Shown here: positions 1 through 10,380 of the stretch, in pieces
Numbering within the stretch: the stretch's first letter is position 1
Layout: every line of letters begins with the position of its first letter
DNA from: Octopus sinensis
Taxonomy: Eukaryota
Length of the DNA: 64,000 nucleotides
Direction: 5' to 3'
NCBI RefSeq assembly: GCF_006345805.1
Contig: NC_042997.1
Span: 66,278,001-66,342,000, forward strand
Translations under genes and position numbers: made by a program
Notes under the pieces: generated by a model
Told to the model about the DNA's origin: nothing
What the model saw: the letters and a program-made list of their open reading frames with translations, nothing else
Database searches by the model: none

Positions 1-124
1 GTCTCTTTCACAGAAATTCTTATTGCCAACATACTGAACACTATCATTTTTACTTTATTTTTTGTTTTCTTTAATACACACACACACACATATGTGTGTG
101 TGTGTGTGTGTGTGTGTGTATTTT

Positions 125-250
125 ATTGATCCCAAAAGGATGAAAGGCAAAGTCGACCTCAGTGGAATTTGAACTCAAAGCCTAATGGCAGACGAAATAC
201 CTCAAAGAATTTCGCCCAGCATGCTAACGATTCTGCCAGCTCACTGCCTT
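125..250 (-). mobile_element. tRNA-derived SINE, family B (head AAGGCAGTGAGCTGGCAGAA)
   Basis: Reverse complement reads aaggcagtgagctggcagaatcgttagc...gagttcaaattccactgaggtcgactttgcctttcatcctt. The same motif recurs near 16360-16530, 20770-21355, 32955-33330, 34905-35495, 42838-43050, 50013-50420, 60860-61070 and 63300-63680. Confidence 0.8.
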
Positions 251-344
251 AATATAATACTAGCTGACATGCCCAGGAAAGCAGGGCTTATCCCTTGGTT
301 CTGTTCTCATAATTGTTTTGCTAATCCAATAACAACAATACAAA

Positions 345-680
345 ATATGTAGCCCTTAAAACAGTTTTTGTGCATTCACAGAGAATACCAAACTGTTTTA
401 CGCAGGATCTTGTTTTAGGAATTCCCATTAAGTTATGAATACCCAAATTGTGAAGTCAGTTATATAATAACGTTACCGAATAGTAAGAAATCAAATAAAG
501 TAGCCCTGAAAAGGGCGTTAATGTGTTCCCAGACTATATAGAACATAGGAGGAAATACTAATAAGGTATGTATACTAAAATCATGAAGCAAGTTATGTAA
601 TAACAGGCTAATCAGATAATAACAATTCAAAATAGATAACTCTGAAAAGGGCTTTTGTGCATTCCCAGAGAATATTACCC
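345..680 (-). repeat. Three degenerate tandem units, each containing a histone-3'-stem-loop-like 16-mer
   Basis: Minus-strand 16-mers: AGCCCT-TTTC-AGAGTT (653-638), CGCCCT-TTTC-AGGGCT (517-502), AACTGT-TTTA-AGGGCT (366-351). Each is preceded by a ctg(g/t)gaa..caca-like block. Spacing is about 140-150 bp. Confidence 0.6.
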
Positions 681-1248
681 TCAGGAGCACTAGTGTTAGT
701 ATATTCGTGAATAAGTCACTAACCAAAATAAGTGGACCTGTTGTTTAGGAAAATACTATTTACTTGTTTAAGGGTTGTACTGGATAAATTGCGAAAATAA
801 TTCTAACAGTTCAAATACTAAGAAATATGCATACTCAATTTCCTTTTTATCAAATAATTTAGGAAAATGAATGGATTATTTCCCTTGGCTATATATAAGG
901 ATCCCTTCCAAGGGCAAATGAGTTATTTCCTTTGGTTTTTAAAATAAAATATATTAGACATATATAAGGATCCCTATTATCGATTTTTTCAACAATCTGA
1001 ATATGCCATGAGCTTTCCAGACATGAATTCTACTCAGGTGTCAAAATCGATAAAACGATGTAGGAGGAGTTAGCTTTCAACTCCACAAACACGCCCACAG
1101 ACAGAATTTCCCACATAAGTAGTAGAAAATAATATAATATAATAAATGTGAATGTCAGTGTGTTAGTGTATCACACTTTTTCAACTTTACTCCTAGAGGC
1201 CATAGCCCAACATATCATACCATTATGGAATCTGGCTGAGTCTGTGAG

Positions 1249-1522
1249 TAAATTAAAAACATTCTGGGCTACATCCGGACCCACAATCCTGAAAGTTTGG
1301 ATTCCCAAGTTGTCATTACTGTGATTGTTTTCGGTGATTTTTTTACGTGAATTTTTGCAAGAATTTTTTTTGTATGATAACAATTTTATATAATCTAAAG
1401 GCTAACTCCATGATTAAATTAAAAACATTCTGGGCCAAATCCAGACCTGCAATCCTGAAATTTCAGATTCCTATGTTTTCATTACTGTGATTGTTTTTGG
1501 CAATTTTTTTTTTTTACATGAC
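1249..1522 (+). repeat. Imperfect direct repeat, two copies of about 105 bp at a 166-bp offset
   Basis: taaattaaaaacattctggg...aatcctgaaa...tcattactgtgattgtttt begins at 1249 and again at 1415. Confidence 0.85.
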
Positions 1523-1646
1523 GTTTTGTGACAAACATGATCATCATTGGGATTATGACTCTGGAGGAAGCAATTGCAACAAATTCTCCAAAACAAGTCC
1601 GAGATTTCTTTACAGATCTTCCCATTCAGGGTCAGTTGCTTAAAAG

Positions 1647-1695
1647 CTATATACTAGCTTAAAAGCTACCCGGCTGTTTTTAAGCTAGTATATAG
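1647..1695. repeat. 18-bp perfect inverted repeat (hairpin) with a 13-nt spacer
   Basis: ctatatactagcttaaaa (1647-1664) is the reverse complement of ttttaagctagtatatag (1678-1695); spacer is gctacccggctgt. Confidence 0.9.
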
Positions 1696-1713
1696 ATATA
1701 CATATAATTATAC

Positions 1714-1750
<37 letters not shown>

Positions 1751-2339
1751 ATATATATAACAAACACACACATTATATATATATAGTGTAATAAATAAAA
1801 TATATGCATACATACAAACATATATGTACGTACCGACATCTACATGTATATATACATGCATATATAAATATATATATATGTACAGGACATACACACACGC
1901 ACGATCAGGTCTTACATATGCTTTGCCATACAGGCAACAGCTAGATAGTTTTACTGACATAAACTTTGCCCTTCATCCTCTACCAGGAGGGCATAATTCA
2001 TTTTTTTTTTTACTGCTTCCATCCCTCCCACCTTTCTCTCTCTCTCTCTGTGAAAGAAATCAGCTTTGGTTCAATCTAAAGGCTTGTCTCCTCACAAGTC
2101 TAAAAGTGTTGAAGTCATGCCAGATGTCGTGTTGGCATCTCTAGAATTCCATCAGGAGTTTCAAGCCCAAAGCAAGACAATACTGTGTATGTGCTTGTGT
2201 GCTTTGGGTGTGGGGTAATGAACATACACACATATGCACATAAGAATACACATGTATATAAAGACATACACACACAAATTCACAAGCACACACATACAAA
2301 TACACATATATGTATGAATGTGTGTGTGTATGTGTCATT

Positions 2340-2650
2340 CAAGTTGACAGCTGCATTGTAGATGGAAGGATTAAGGATAAGAAAGCAGAGAAAGCAGGCA
2401 GATGATCAGGTATCATTGCAAACATACTGAAAGTATCAAGCAAGGTGGGTCATGCGCTAGTCAGCTAGTCACGTGCATAATCAATCAGTCAGTATACAAA
2501 GGTCTCATACCCAATGAATGGTGTAGCAGCACGATCGTCAACTGCTACAGCAGAGATGCACAGATGAGAGGAAACTACAGAGTTATCATGCTGATAGACC
2601 AGGTTATGAAGGTAACTGAGAATTATAGTAAAACTCAGCAGTGATAGAAT
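2340..2650 (+). mobile_element. RTE-clade LINE ORF2 relic, N-terminal part of the RT
   Basis: Translates to IINQSVYKGLIPNEWCSSTIVNCY...GNYRVIMLIDQVMKV, matching the RTE motif IP.DW..S.IV..YK.KG....GNYRGI.L....MKV. Confidence 0.8.
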
Positions 2651-2654
2651 TAAA

Positions 2655-3368
2655 CCTAAAGCATTTAAACTAGCCATAGCCAACCAAAATAATGTTTTAT
2701 CTTCAAACTGGTCAGATCTGGCCCCTCACACTTACCATACAATGTTATTTATAAAATAAATCGTCATGTCATTGAAATCTCAAAGCTACAAAGTAACACG
2801 ACTAATTGAAATCAATGTGGATAAATAAGCATTACTTTTAACATGGCTCACAATCATGAGGAACTGGCCATCATCAAGTACCAGAGACTTGACAATGCTG
2901 ACAAACACAAAACTTGAAGTGAACACCTGCACAAGTCCGGAGCCCTGTCTCTCTACTCAATTTCCAACTCAGGATTATAGAGAAGGGCTCCATTTACACC
3001 AACTTTTAACATGGCTCACAATCATCAGGCTCACAATCATGAGGTAGTGAATTCAATTCTCAGACTGGGCTGTGTTGTGTCTTTGAGCAAGACACTTTAT
3101 TTCACATTGCTCCAGTTCACTCATCTGTAGAAATGAGTTGTGATGTCACTAGTGCCAAGCTGTTTCAGCCTTTGCTTTTCCTTGGACAATATCAGTGGCA
3201 AGGAGAGGGGAGCCTGGTATGCATAGGCAACAGCTGGTCTTCCATAAACAAACTTGCTCAGACTTGTGCCTCTGAGGGTAACTTTCTAGGTGAAATCCCA
3301 TGATCATACATGACCAAAAGGGATCTTTACCTTTTTACATGTGACAGAGTAATCTGAATGCTAAAGGA
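2655..3368 (+). mobile_element. piggyBac-type MITE (about 220 bp) split by later insertions
   Basis: 5' part 2655-2840 and 3' part 3335-3368 (gacagagtaatctgaatgctaaagg) match the intact copy at 28525-28748. Confidence 0.7.
3026..3330 (+). mobile_element. tRNA-derived SINE, family C
   Basis: Aligns with the better-preserved copy at 36845-37167 (ttgagcaagacactttatttcac...ctggtcttccataaacaa). Confidence 0.8.
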
Positions 3369-3369
3369 T

Positions 3370-3650
3370 CTGGATGAGATATAGTTCAGTTTTGTGCCTT
3401 CTTCTTAATAAACATAACTGCAGGAAACATACTTAGCTAGAAGTAAATTGCTGTCCCAACAATTCCTCAACTTAGAGAAAGCTTTTAACATGGTTCTATT
3501 CTCTGTAATTTGTTGGTTGCTAAGAAAGCCTGTAGATGAATGGTTTGTGAAACTCATGCAGGTCGTGTACAGAGGTACAGCTAGCAAGGGAAATGTTAAC
3601 AAAGTACAGCAACAAGTTTAGTAAAAAGGTAAGAGCAGGCCAGGACTAAG
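3370..3650 (+). mobile_element. RTE-clade LINE RT relic, continuation of 2340-2650
   Basis: Translates to FLNLEKAFNMV..SVICWLLRK.VDEWFVKLMQVVY, matching the RT motif (F.DLEKAFD.VP...IWW.LRK.GV.EW.V). Confidence 0.8.
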
Positions 3651-3739
3651 TTGTCCCTTTGGTGTATCATTGTCCTTCAAGGCATAACTGGGGAGTTTAA
3701 CCATTTAGCATTTTGGTTATGCTGTCAAATGTATTGCTT

Positions 3740-4190
3740 CTTAACAGAAAATTTTGCCTCTCACAATATAGAAACATTTCTCATGGCACCTGGAGATAAA
3801 ATGGAAAAGGTGTTTCTCCAGAGGATGGCATGGGAGATGCATTGGAACAGCCACTCCGACTCATGAGGCATGCACTTGTGGACAGCAATCTCCATACAGG
3901 GGTCAAGAACGGTGGAGGTCTTAACTGCTACAGGCTCAATTATAAACCTGTCAGAGAGGGGCCAATACCATGACAGCTTGTTTTTCTCAGCCTGATGAGC
4001 AGCAGAAATTGGACCAGTAGCTGAACACACCAAATTGCAGCTGGAGAAGGTATCATAGCATACGGCATCCCAGATGAAGGGCATACCACCATGGAATGGG
4101 AAAATCACCATACTGTCCAGTTTTTTACTGTACCATCAGTATAAACCCTGCTGGTTCAAGCTGGGAAGGGAAGCCTGCAGCGACTAGACC
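3740..4190 (-). mobile_element. CRE-clade non-LTR retrotransposon relic, restriction-like endonuclease C-terminus
   Basis: GLVAAGFPSQLEPAG (frameshift) KLDSMVIFPFHGGMPFIWDAVCYDTF...SAAHQAEKNK...SDRFIIEPVAVKTS...EWLFQCISHAILWRNTFSIL matches the CRE pattern LEP.GL.R.DGKRPDG.T..P...GK.L.WD.TC.DT.A...AE..K..KY......F.P.A.ET.G...QRIS.A..RGNA. Confidence 0.8.
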
Positions 4191-4479
4191 TATTTATTCA
4201 TATTGTTTTTGAATTAATTATTATCTCATAGCTTTGAAATTTCAATGATGTGTTTGTTTATTTTGGAAAGATATTGTATGGTAGATGCAAGAGGCCAGAT
4301 ATAGCTGGTTTGAACAAAAAACAGGAAAAATAGATAAGGTTAAGTCTGGCTATTTGTTTGAACTCCTCAATTGGTCTAGTTCTTATAACTGAATTTATCA
4401 AAGTTTTGAAACTGAAATTTTAGACATGAAGCAAAACTCAGAATTGAGAGGCTTAAAGTAAATTCAGCAAATCTGTTTT

Positions 4480-5660
4480 AATTAGTAAGAAAGAAGACAG
4501 TACCCTACTACCACTAAGGAATTGGCCAAGTTCAATATGCAGAAAAGAAGAGGGCAAAATTCCAAACAGTGCACCCAGAGTAAACAATGGATGCATGAGT
4601 TAGTAACCACCATAGTATGCAACACATACTTCCAATACAACAGAGCAGTATGCAAATAGAAATCAGGTCTACCAATGGGATCAAGCCTATCAGGTCTGTT
4701 AGCCAACACATACATGGACCAACTGGAGCACAGACTGTTTAGTAACTAGCACTCTGGTATCTTGTTCTCCAGATATTTTGACAACATCCTAATGTTTACT
4801 TTCTCCTAGAAACAAGCCATCATCATGTACCAGAGACTTGACAATGCTGACAAACACAAAATTTCAAGTTGACACCTGCACAAGTCTGGAGCCCTCTCTC
4901 TACTCAATTTCCAACTCAGGATTATAGAGAGGGGCTCCATTTATACCAACTTTTATAAGAAGGCAACCAGTAAGAACCTGCTTGCAGACAATGAGTTAGC
5001 CCTGCCCACCAGAGTCAAAACTGCCTACATATGAAACGAAATCTCAAGTATAAGTGACATGTGCCATGACACAGCTGACAAAGCTGACAACACCAAAGAG
5101 TTCCACAAGATCCCACTAAATGGCTATCCACCACCTTTTGCCTAACAACAGCACATTAATAAATCTACTGTTGATAAACTTTATGAGAAGATCCAAACTC
5201 CCAAGTCTGTCAAGTGCCTTCTTAAACTATTCTATTTTGACAACAGAACCACAGCTGCAATCCATCATGCAAGCCACATAGAGGAACTAAACATACAGAT
5301 GGTGCACTCTGGTCCATCCCTGAGGAAATTCATACCACAAACAGCATTATAGGGTACACATTGTTTAATTGCCCCATCAACAACATAAAAACATGCTCGA
5401 GGACCTACATGGTATATGAGGTTAGTCTGCAGCACATGTGGTGCATTGTACACTAGGAGCACAATCAGAAAACTGCACAGCTGCATCAAGGAACATATGT
5501 ATACAAACACCTCAGTTCATTAAAACCTGCAGAAGTGTCAGACACAAGATTTTGGAGTATCCATCAGAGCCAGTGAATGTAACTGAAGCAACCTTCAAAT
5601 CAAGAAGGCTACCATTATTAACAAGCTGAGACCAGCTCTAAACAACAGAAAAAAGAAGCA
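4480..5660 (+). mobile_element. Penelope-like retroelement relic: RT core, thumb and GIY-YIG endonuclease, with stops and frameshifts
   Basis: NTYFQYN...K*KSGLPMGSSLSGLLANTYMDQLE (about 4620-4730), RYFDN (4771), FYKKAT, LNGYPPPF (about 5115-5140), VYEVS/CSTCGALYTRSTIRKLHSCIKEH (about 5412-5500), IKKATIINKLRPALN. Confidence 0.85.
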
Positions 5661-6300
5661 CTGAGGAAACTGGCTTTTATATCAACACAAGTCTACATAT
5701 GGCACAATCCTTTCCCACATGTCTGAGAAATGTATTTATTCCATCTTTCATTTCTCCTATCACAACTCTCATTTCAAATGTACTCTTGAGGAAGGATGTC
5801 TTAACCCCTAAATACTGAAACACAAAGTAAATTTCAATTGTTGTCTTGTTTCAGCTTTTCTGGTTAACTTAGTTCTTAATTTCACATTGTTTTGGTATTA
5901 CCAAGATTTTTTTTTACCTGATGTAATAACCATGCAAACTATTCTAATATACATATGTGTGTGTACATATCTCTCTCTCTCTCTATATATATATATATAA
6001 TATAATTAAGATTCCATTGGATTAGGTACTTAAATTGAGCCACCTTGTTAGGTTGGTATAATCTGCACACCCAAACAATATTAATTGAATACTGAATATC
6101 AAGACTCCTTGCAGGGGTGTAGGTACCTGATATTTCTGCTGTGTGTGCAGAAAATGCAACCCAGTTAAGCCAAGATATCTGCTCTTGGTAATTCAGACAT
6201 GTACTTTTTATACAGGTACTTTCTATAGTACTTCTGAAGAGCAGATTCCAAGTTCGGTGAATAAAATATGAATGAGTAACAAAAACGTACAGGTGTCAAT

Positions 6301-6383
6301 TCATTATGGCCATTTCAAGTAACACCTTTAATTGATTAATGAAAACATTACATCATTTGAAAGAAACCGTTCTCGTCAGATGA
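6301..6383 (-). ncRNA. Minimal type I hammerhead ribozyme motif, left arm
   Basis: TCAT-CTGACGA(6379-6373)-G...T-GAAA(6316-6313)-TGGCCA-TA-ATGA. Helix III is the palindrome ATGGCCAT; helix I is TCAT/ATGA. Confidence 0.6.
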
Positions 6384-6625
6384 CCACATAGACTTCAAAC
6401 ATACAAGATACAATCATTTCCTTAATTTATTCACATCAATAATAGAACTCAAAATATTTACATTTTTTCTTTTGTCATATCTGTGGCAGAATCTGTATAT
6501 ATATATATGTATATATATTCTGCCACAGATATGACAAAAGAATCAATGTAAATATTTTGAGTTCCATTATTGGTGTGAATATGTTAAGGAAATGGTTGTA
6601 TCCTTTTTGTTTGAAGTCTATGAGG

Positions 6626-6708
6626 TCATCTGAAGAGAACGGTTTCTTTCAAATGATGTAATGTTTTCATTAATCAATTAAAGGAGTCACTTGAAACAGC
6701 TGTAATGA
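6626..6708 (+). ncRNA. Minimal type I hammerhead ribozyme motif, right arm
   Basis: TCAT(6626-6629)-CTGAAGA(6630-6636)-G...T-GAAA(6693-6696)-CAGCTG-TA-ATGA(6705-6708). Helix III is the palindrome ACAGCTGT; predicted cut after GTA at 6704. Helix II is long and poorly paired. Confidence 0.6.
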
Positions 6709-7076
6709 ATTGACACCTGTACATCTTTGTTACTCATATATATATATATATATATATATGAGTATACATAGTAATATACACATACAAACACAACACACAC
6801 ACACATATACATATATGTATATACATACATATATTCATGCGTATGTATGTATGTAGGATATTTACATAAGTGAAACTGTGATGGCCACTATTAAAAATCA
6901 TATTAAATATATAGTTATGCAGATTTGACAGACAGTCAATGCAAACAAATTCTCTGTTGGGTATACTCTGAACACATTCACACCGAGTGTATGCCCAACT
7001 ATCTGTCATCTCAGTATATTAAATACATTTTCCAATAGTGGTCATCACAGTATCACTGATATAAATATTATATGTA

Positions 7077-7623
7077 TGAAGTCTGACCAAAAAGTATTTG
7101 AACTGGTGCTCTAAAAAGAAAACTTTAAAAACATATCAATTTGACATTTAATCTCTTTTGAAGTAGTCACCTTTTGAAACCTCACACTTTATCCAGCATC
7201 ATTTCCATTCATGAAAATGATGCTGGAACTCCTTTTTTGAGATAGCGAGCAGCTACCTAGTTGCATTCTCTTGGATTTCTTCAACATCTTGAAATCTTGT
7301 TCCTTTCAAGTGGGATTTGATTTTTGCCTTGGTTTCAGGGTCATAGCCATAAACTCACAATTTGTCACTTGTTTTCAAAATATTTTTGCCTTCCTCAACA
7401 CAGTCAATGAGATCCTGCACAGCTAAAAGCTGATCTTCTTTTTGAGACAACCACATTCTACATACTTCCAAGTACTTCTGTAATCAACGGAAATGAGCTA
7501 GAACATTATATTTTAGTGCGCATATGGGACAGAGCTCAAGGTCAATCTGTGCCAAGCAGCTTCACTCAGCATACTTTAGCTGTTACCATAGCAACAGTCC
7601 AGATACATTTTGATCAGATCTCA
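7077..7623 (-). mobile_element. Internally deleted mariner (DD34D-type) transposon with both TIRs and TA flanks
   Basis: TIRs tgaagtctgaccaaaaagtat and atacattttgatcagatctca. Minus strand gives VYGYDPETK and KIKSHLKGTRFQDVEEIQENATR*LLAISKKEFQHHFHEWK*CWIKCEVSKGDYF. Confidence 0.85.
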
Positions 7624-7642
7624 TATATATATTAATTGCCTC

Positions 7643-7705
7643 GATAACTGAAGAGATGCCAGTGCAGGTTTCCGACCCGACACATCCAAAACTCTGTGTT
7701 TTATT
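7643..7705 (+). ncRNA. Decayed hammerhead-like motif inside a (TA)n tract
   Basis: gATAA-CTGAAGA-Gatg...catcC-[A]AAA-C-tctgt-GTT-TTATt. GAAA is present as AAAA, consistent with CpG decay of ccgaaa. Confidence 0.35.
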
Positions 7706-8249
7706 ATGCCAACCGAATAATTGTCACATATTATATTATATATATATATATATATAAGGTCTGATCAAAAAGTGTGTGTGTGTGTATATATATATATGCC
7801 TGAACACTTTCACACACATGTACAGACACAGCGGGTACTTCTACCGATCAAATTCAATCACAAGGCTTTGATTGGCCTGAGGCTATAGAAGAAGACACTT
7901 GTCCAAGGTGTCATGCAGTGGGACTGAACCCAAAATCATATGATTGAGAAGCAAGCTTCCTAACCACACAGCCATGCCTGTGCCTATATATATATTATGG
8001 AAACTTGCTGAGCCAGATTTTTTTATGATTGAATGCCTTTTCTGTCACCAGCCCTTGTTCCCAGCCAAGGTAATGTTTTGCCATTGCCAGACAAGTCTTT
8101 GTTTTCATAGAAAACAGAAGATTAACAACAACACTTGTATAACAGTGATGTTCATTTACAATCATCACATGATGCCAAGACAAGGTACAAAGAAACACAC
8201 ATACATATACACATATATATATAAAAAAAAATTCACACACCCTATCCTA

Positions 8250-9125
8250 ACAAATCAAACTACATCTCTTCTTCTGTTCCTCACATTTCCTCTTTTTCAT
8301 GTACTATGCTTATCTCTCGCTCCCCAATCCTGTCTTCACTGCAATGCTCACTGTATCGTAGCTATCCTATTGTCCCCTACCTCCTCTATGTACCCAAGTT
8401 TCACCAGTCGCTGCATTTCCCACTCCCTCACTTCATGTGAAGTCCCTACTCGCCACTCATGCACCCTTGGCAATACTCTACCATCTCATTTACATTCTGA
8501 TCCCTGTACCTTGAGGGTATGCCCCAACACCACACCACCATCTATCTCTCTCACTCTACAATCTCATTTATATTCTGGTCCCCGTATCTTGAGGGTATGC
8601 CCTGGCACTTTACCACCATCTCTCACCTGCTTTCTCTTGCACTCTCATATTTTCACTCTCTTCCATTCTTGATTACTCACCCTCTCTCTTTCTCTCCCTC
8701 TCTATCTCTCTCTTGCTCTCTCGCCTTCTAACCAAGTAACCATGTATCTCCTCTACAGCAACATACCTGTTTCTATTCTTCTGTCAAACTATAACCTCTC
8801 ATCACCTGGCCACAAGGCCACTTCCTTCAATGCCCCACCTTCTCAAAGTATCTGTGTCTTGCAAGTTGCTTGGTGACCCTGCCAGTGCTGCTGCATCCAG
8901 TCTAGTGTAAAGTGGTTGGTGTTTGAAAGGGCATCCAGCTGTAAAACCATACCAAAACAGGCCTCACCCGTGCTGGTGCCACAGAAAAAGCACTCAGCCC
9001 ACCCTGTAAAGTGGTTGGTGTTAGGAAGGGCCTCCAACCATAAAAACAGCTCCATCTCAAACCAGCCAACCCATGCCAGCATGAAACGCGAACATTAAAC
9101 AATTATGATGATGATGATGATGATG
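8250..9125 (+). mobile_element. RTE LINE pyrimidine-rich 3'UTR and 3' terminus with (GAT)n tail
   Basis: Shares blocks gtaaccatgtatctcctctacagc, gtcttgcaag...gccagtgctg and gtggttgg..ttaggaagggc..cc with 12620-13320, 48880-49625 and 51590-51885. Confidence 0.75.
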
Positions 9126-9329
9126 CAATACACGAGAACTGAACCTGAGATTATGTGATCAAGGAGCAAACTTCTTAAGCACACATATGTATATCATCCT
9201 TAAGCACCCATATGTATATCATCCTTTTTATGTCTGCTTTCTATGCTGGCATTCTTTGGACAGCTCATCATGGTTTCAGTCAGTTGTTATTTGGATTTAT
9301 TGTCCTCCTAGATGCGATAATGGAACTAC

Positions 9330-10380
9330 ACATCACTCATCTGCTTTGTTTTGGTATAGTTTCTAAAGCTGGATGTTCTTCCTAACATTTATTATTTTAT
9401 AGATTAAACTGGAGGTATTTTATCATGGCACCAGTACTAGTGAGGTTATCATGTCCTCAACTAATGGGTCCTCATACAATGTCATTGTTCATTTTCTAAT
9501 CACTTTATAGAATTGAGTGAGTGCACTTTATAATAACAGCAGAGTTAGAGATTGTGTTATGTCCTTGACAACACAAAGAGGCACCTTAACTGACTGTTCA
9601 CTTGTCAAACACTTTACATTGGGTACTGAGAGCATTTATGATGATAGCAGTACAAGAGATCTTCCTTTGTACCAGGATCCTCAGGGCTCTATGCTATCTC
9701 CATTTAATCTGGGCAGTATGAGGAAAAATAGAAAAGAGGATGATTGTATATGAAGTGGTGTAAAGAGAGAAAGGGAAGAGGGGACAATCAGAAACAAAGA
9801 GTGATTGGAGTGATGCTGCAGAAAAAGAGGGAGTGATAAGAGACAGAGCTAGTGGGGCAATGAAGCAAATGTATTAAAGACAAGGTAGCATAATAGGAGA
9901 AAGATACAAATGATAGTTACATATTTGCAGATAAAGGTGCGAGAAAGTGAAATCATTGAAAGGGTGTGATGGATGCCAGTGATGAGTGGCCAGGGTGTGT
10001 GGGAGTAGCAACTAGCAGAATAGAAGGGACAGTAATGTTAGATGGTAAGGAAAATGATGATGCAGAGAGATGGATGTCAATAAAAAAAAACTGATCTGAA
10101 GGAGAGTGAGTGATGGTATATAAAACAGAATGAAATGAAGAGTGCATGCATCAGGCATCAATAGATTTGATGCGATCCCTCCTGACTCAAGCATCATGAT
10201 TTGGGATGAAAGTGGAGAGAGAAGAAGGAAGATATGGACAGTGGAGGTGGAGAAAAGAGTCAATACTGATAGATCTGTTTACCCTAATTTCAAGGGTAGC
10301 AAGTACAGTCACAGAAAGAGGGATAATAGAGAGAGATGGTTGAGGTATCAAACAGGCACAAGGGGCAGCAGAGAGTGATT
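9330..10380 (-). mobile_element. Probable RTE LINE 3'UTR relic, antisense
   Basis: Purine-rich on the plus strand. Near 9330-9450 it shows the reverse complement of the RTE 3'-end motifs (gctggatgttcttcctaac, tggcaccagtactagt). Confidence 0.5.

Larger units (their letters stand above)
6005..6737. mobile_element. Asymmetric fold-back element between (TA)n tracts; 221-bp inverted arms 6272-6492 and 6517-6737
   Basis: About 20 mismatches over 221 bp by eye (about 91%). The spacer is a TA-rich microsatellite. The left arm continues as unpaired sequence to the (TA)n tract at about 6003. Each arm has an HHR core. Confidence 0.85.

Noticed and set aside
1005-1030. Minus-strand ATG TCT GGA as a histone H2A/H4 start upstream of the stem-loop-like array
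   Set aside because: The frame stops after 11 codons and has no further histone similarity.
3988-4020. CTGATGAG...GAAA hammerhead-like string
   Set aside because: Helix II cannot form, there is no helix I, and it lies antisense within the CRE coding relic.
7944-8672. 242-aa ORF
   Set aside because: Starts in an antisense SINE, crosses a TA microsatellite and ends in a LINE 3'UTR; composition is low-complexity.
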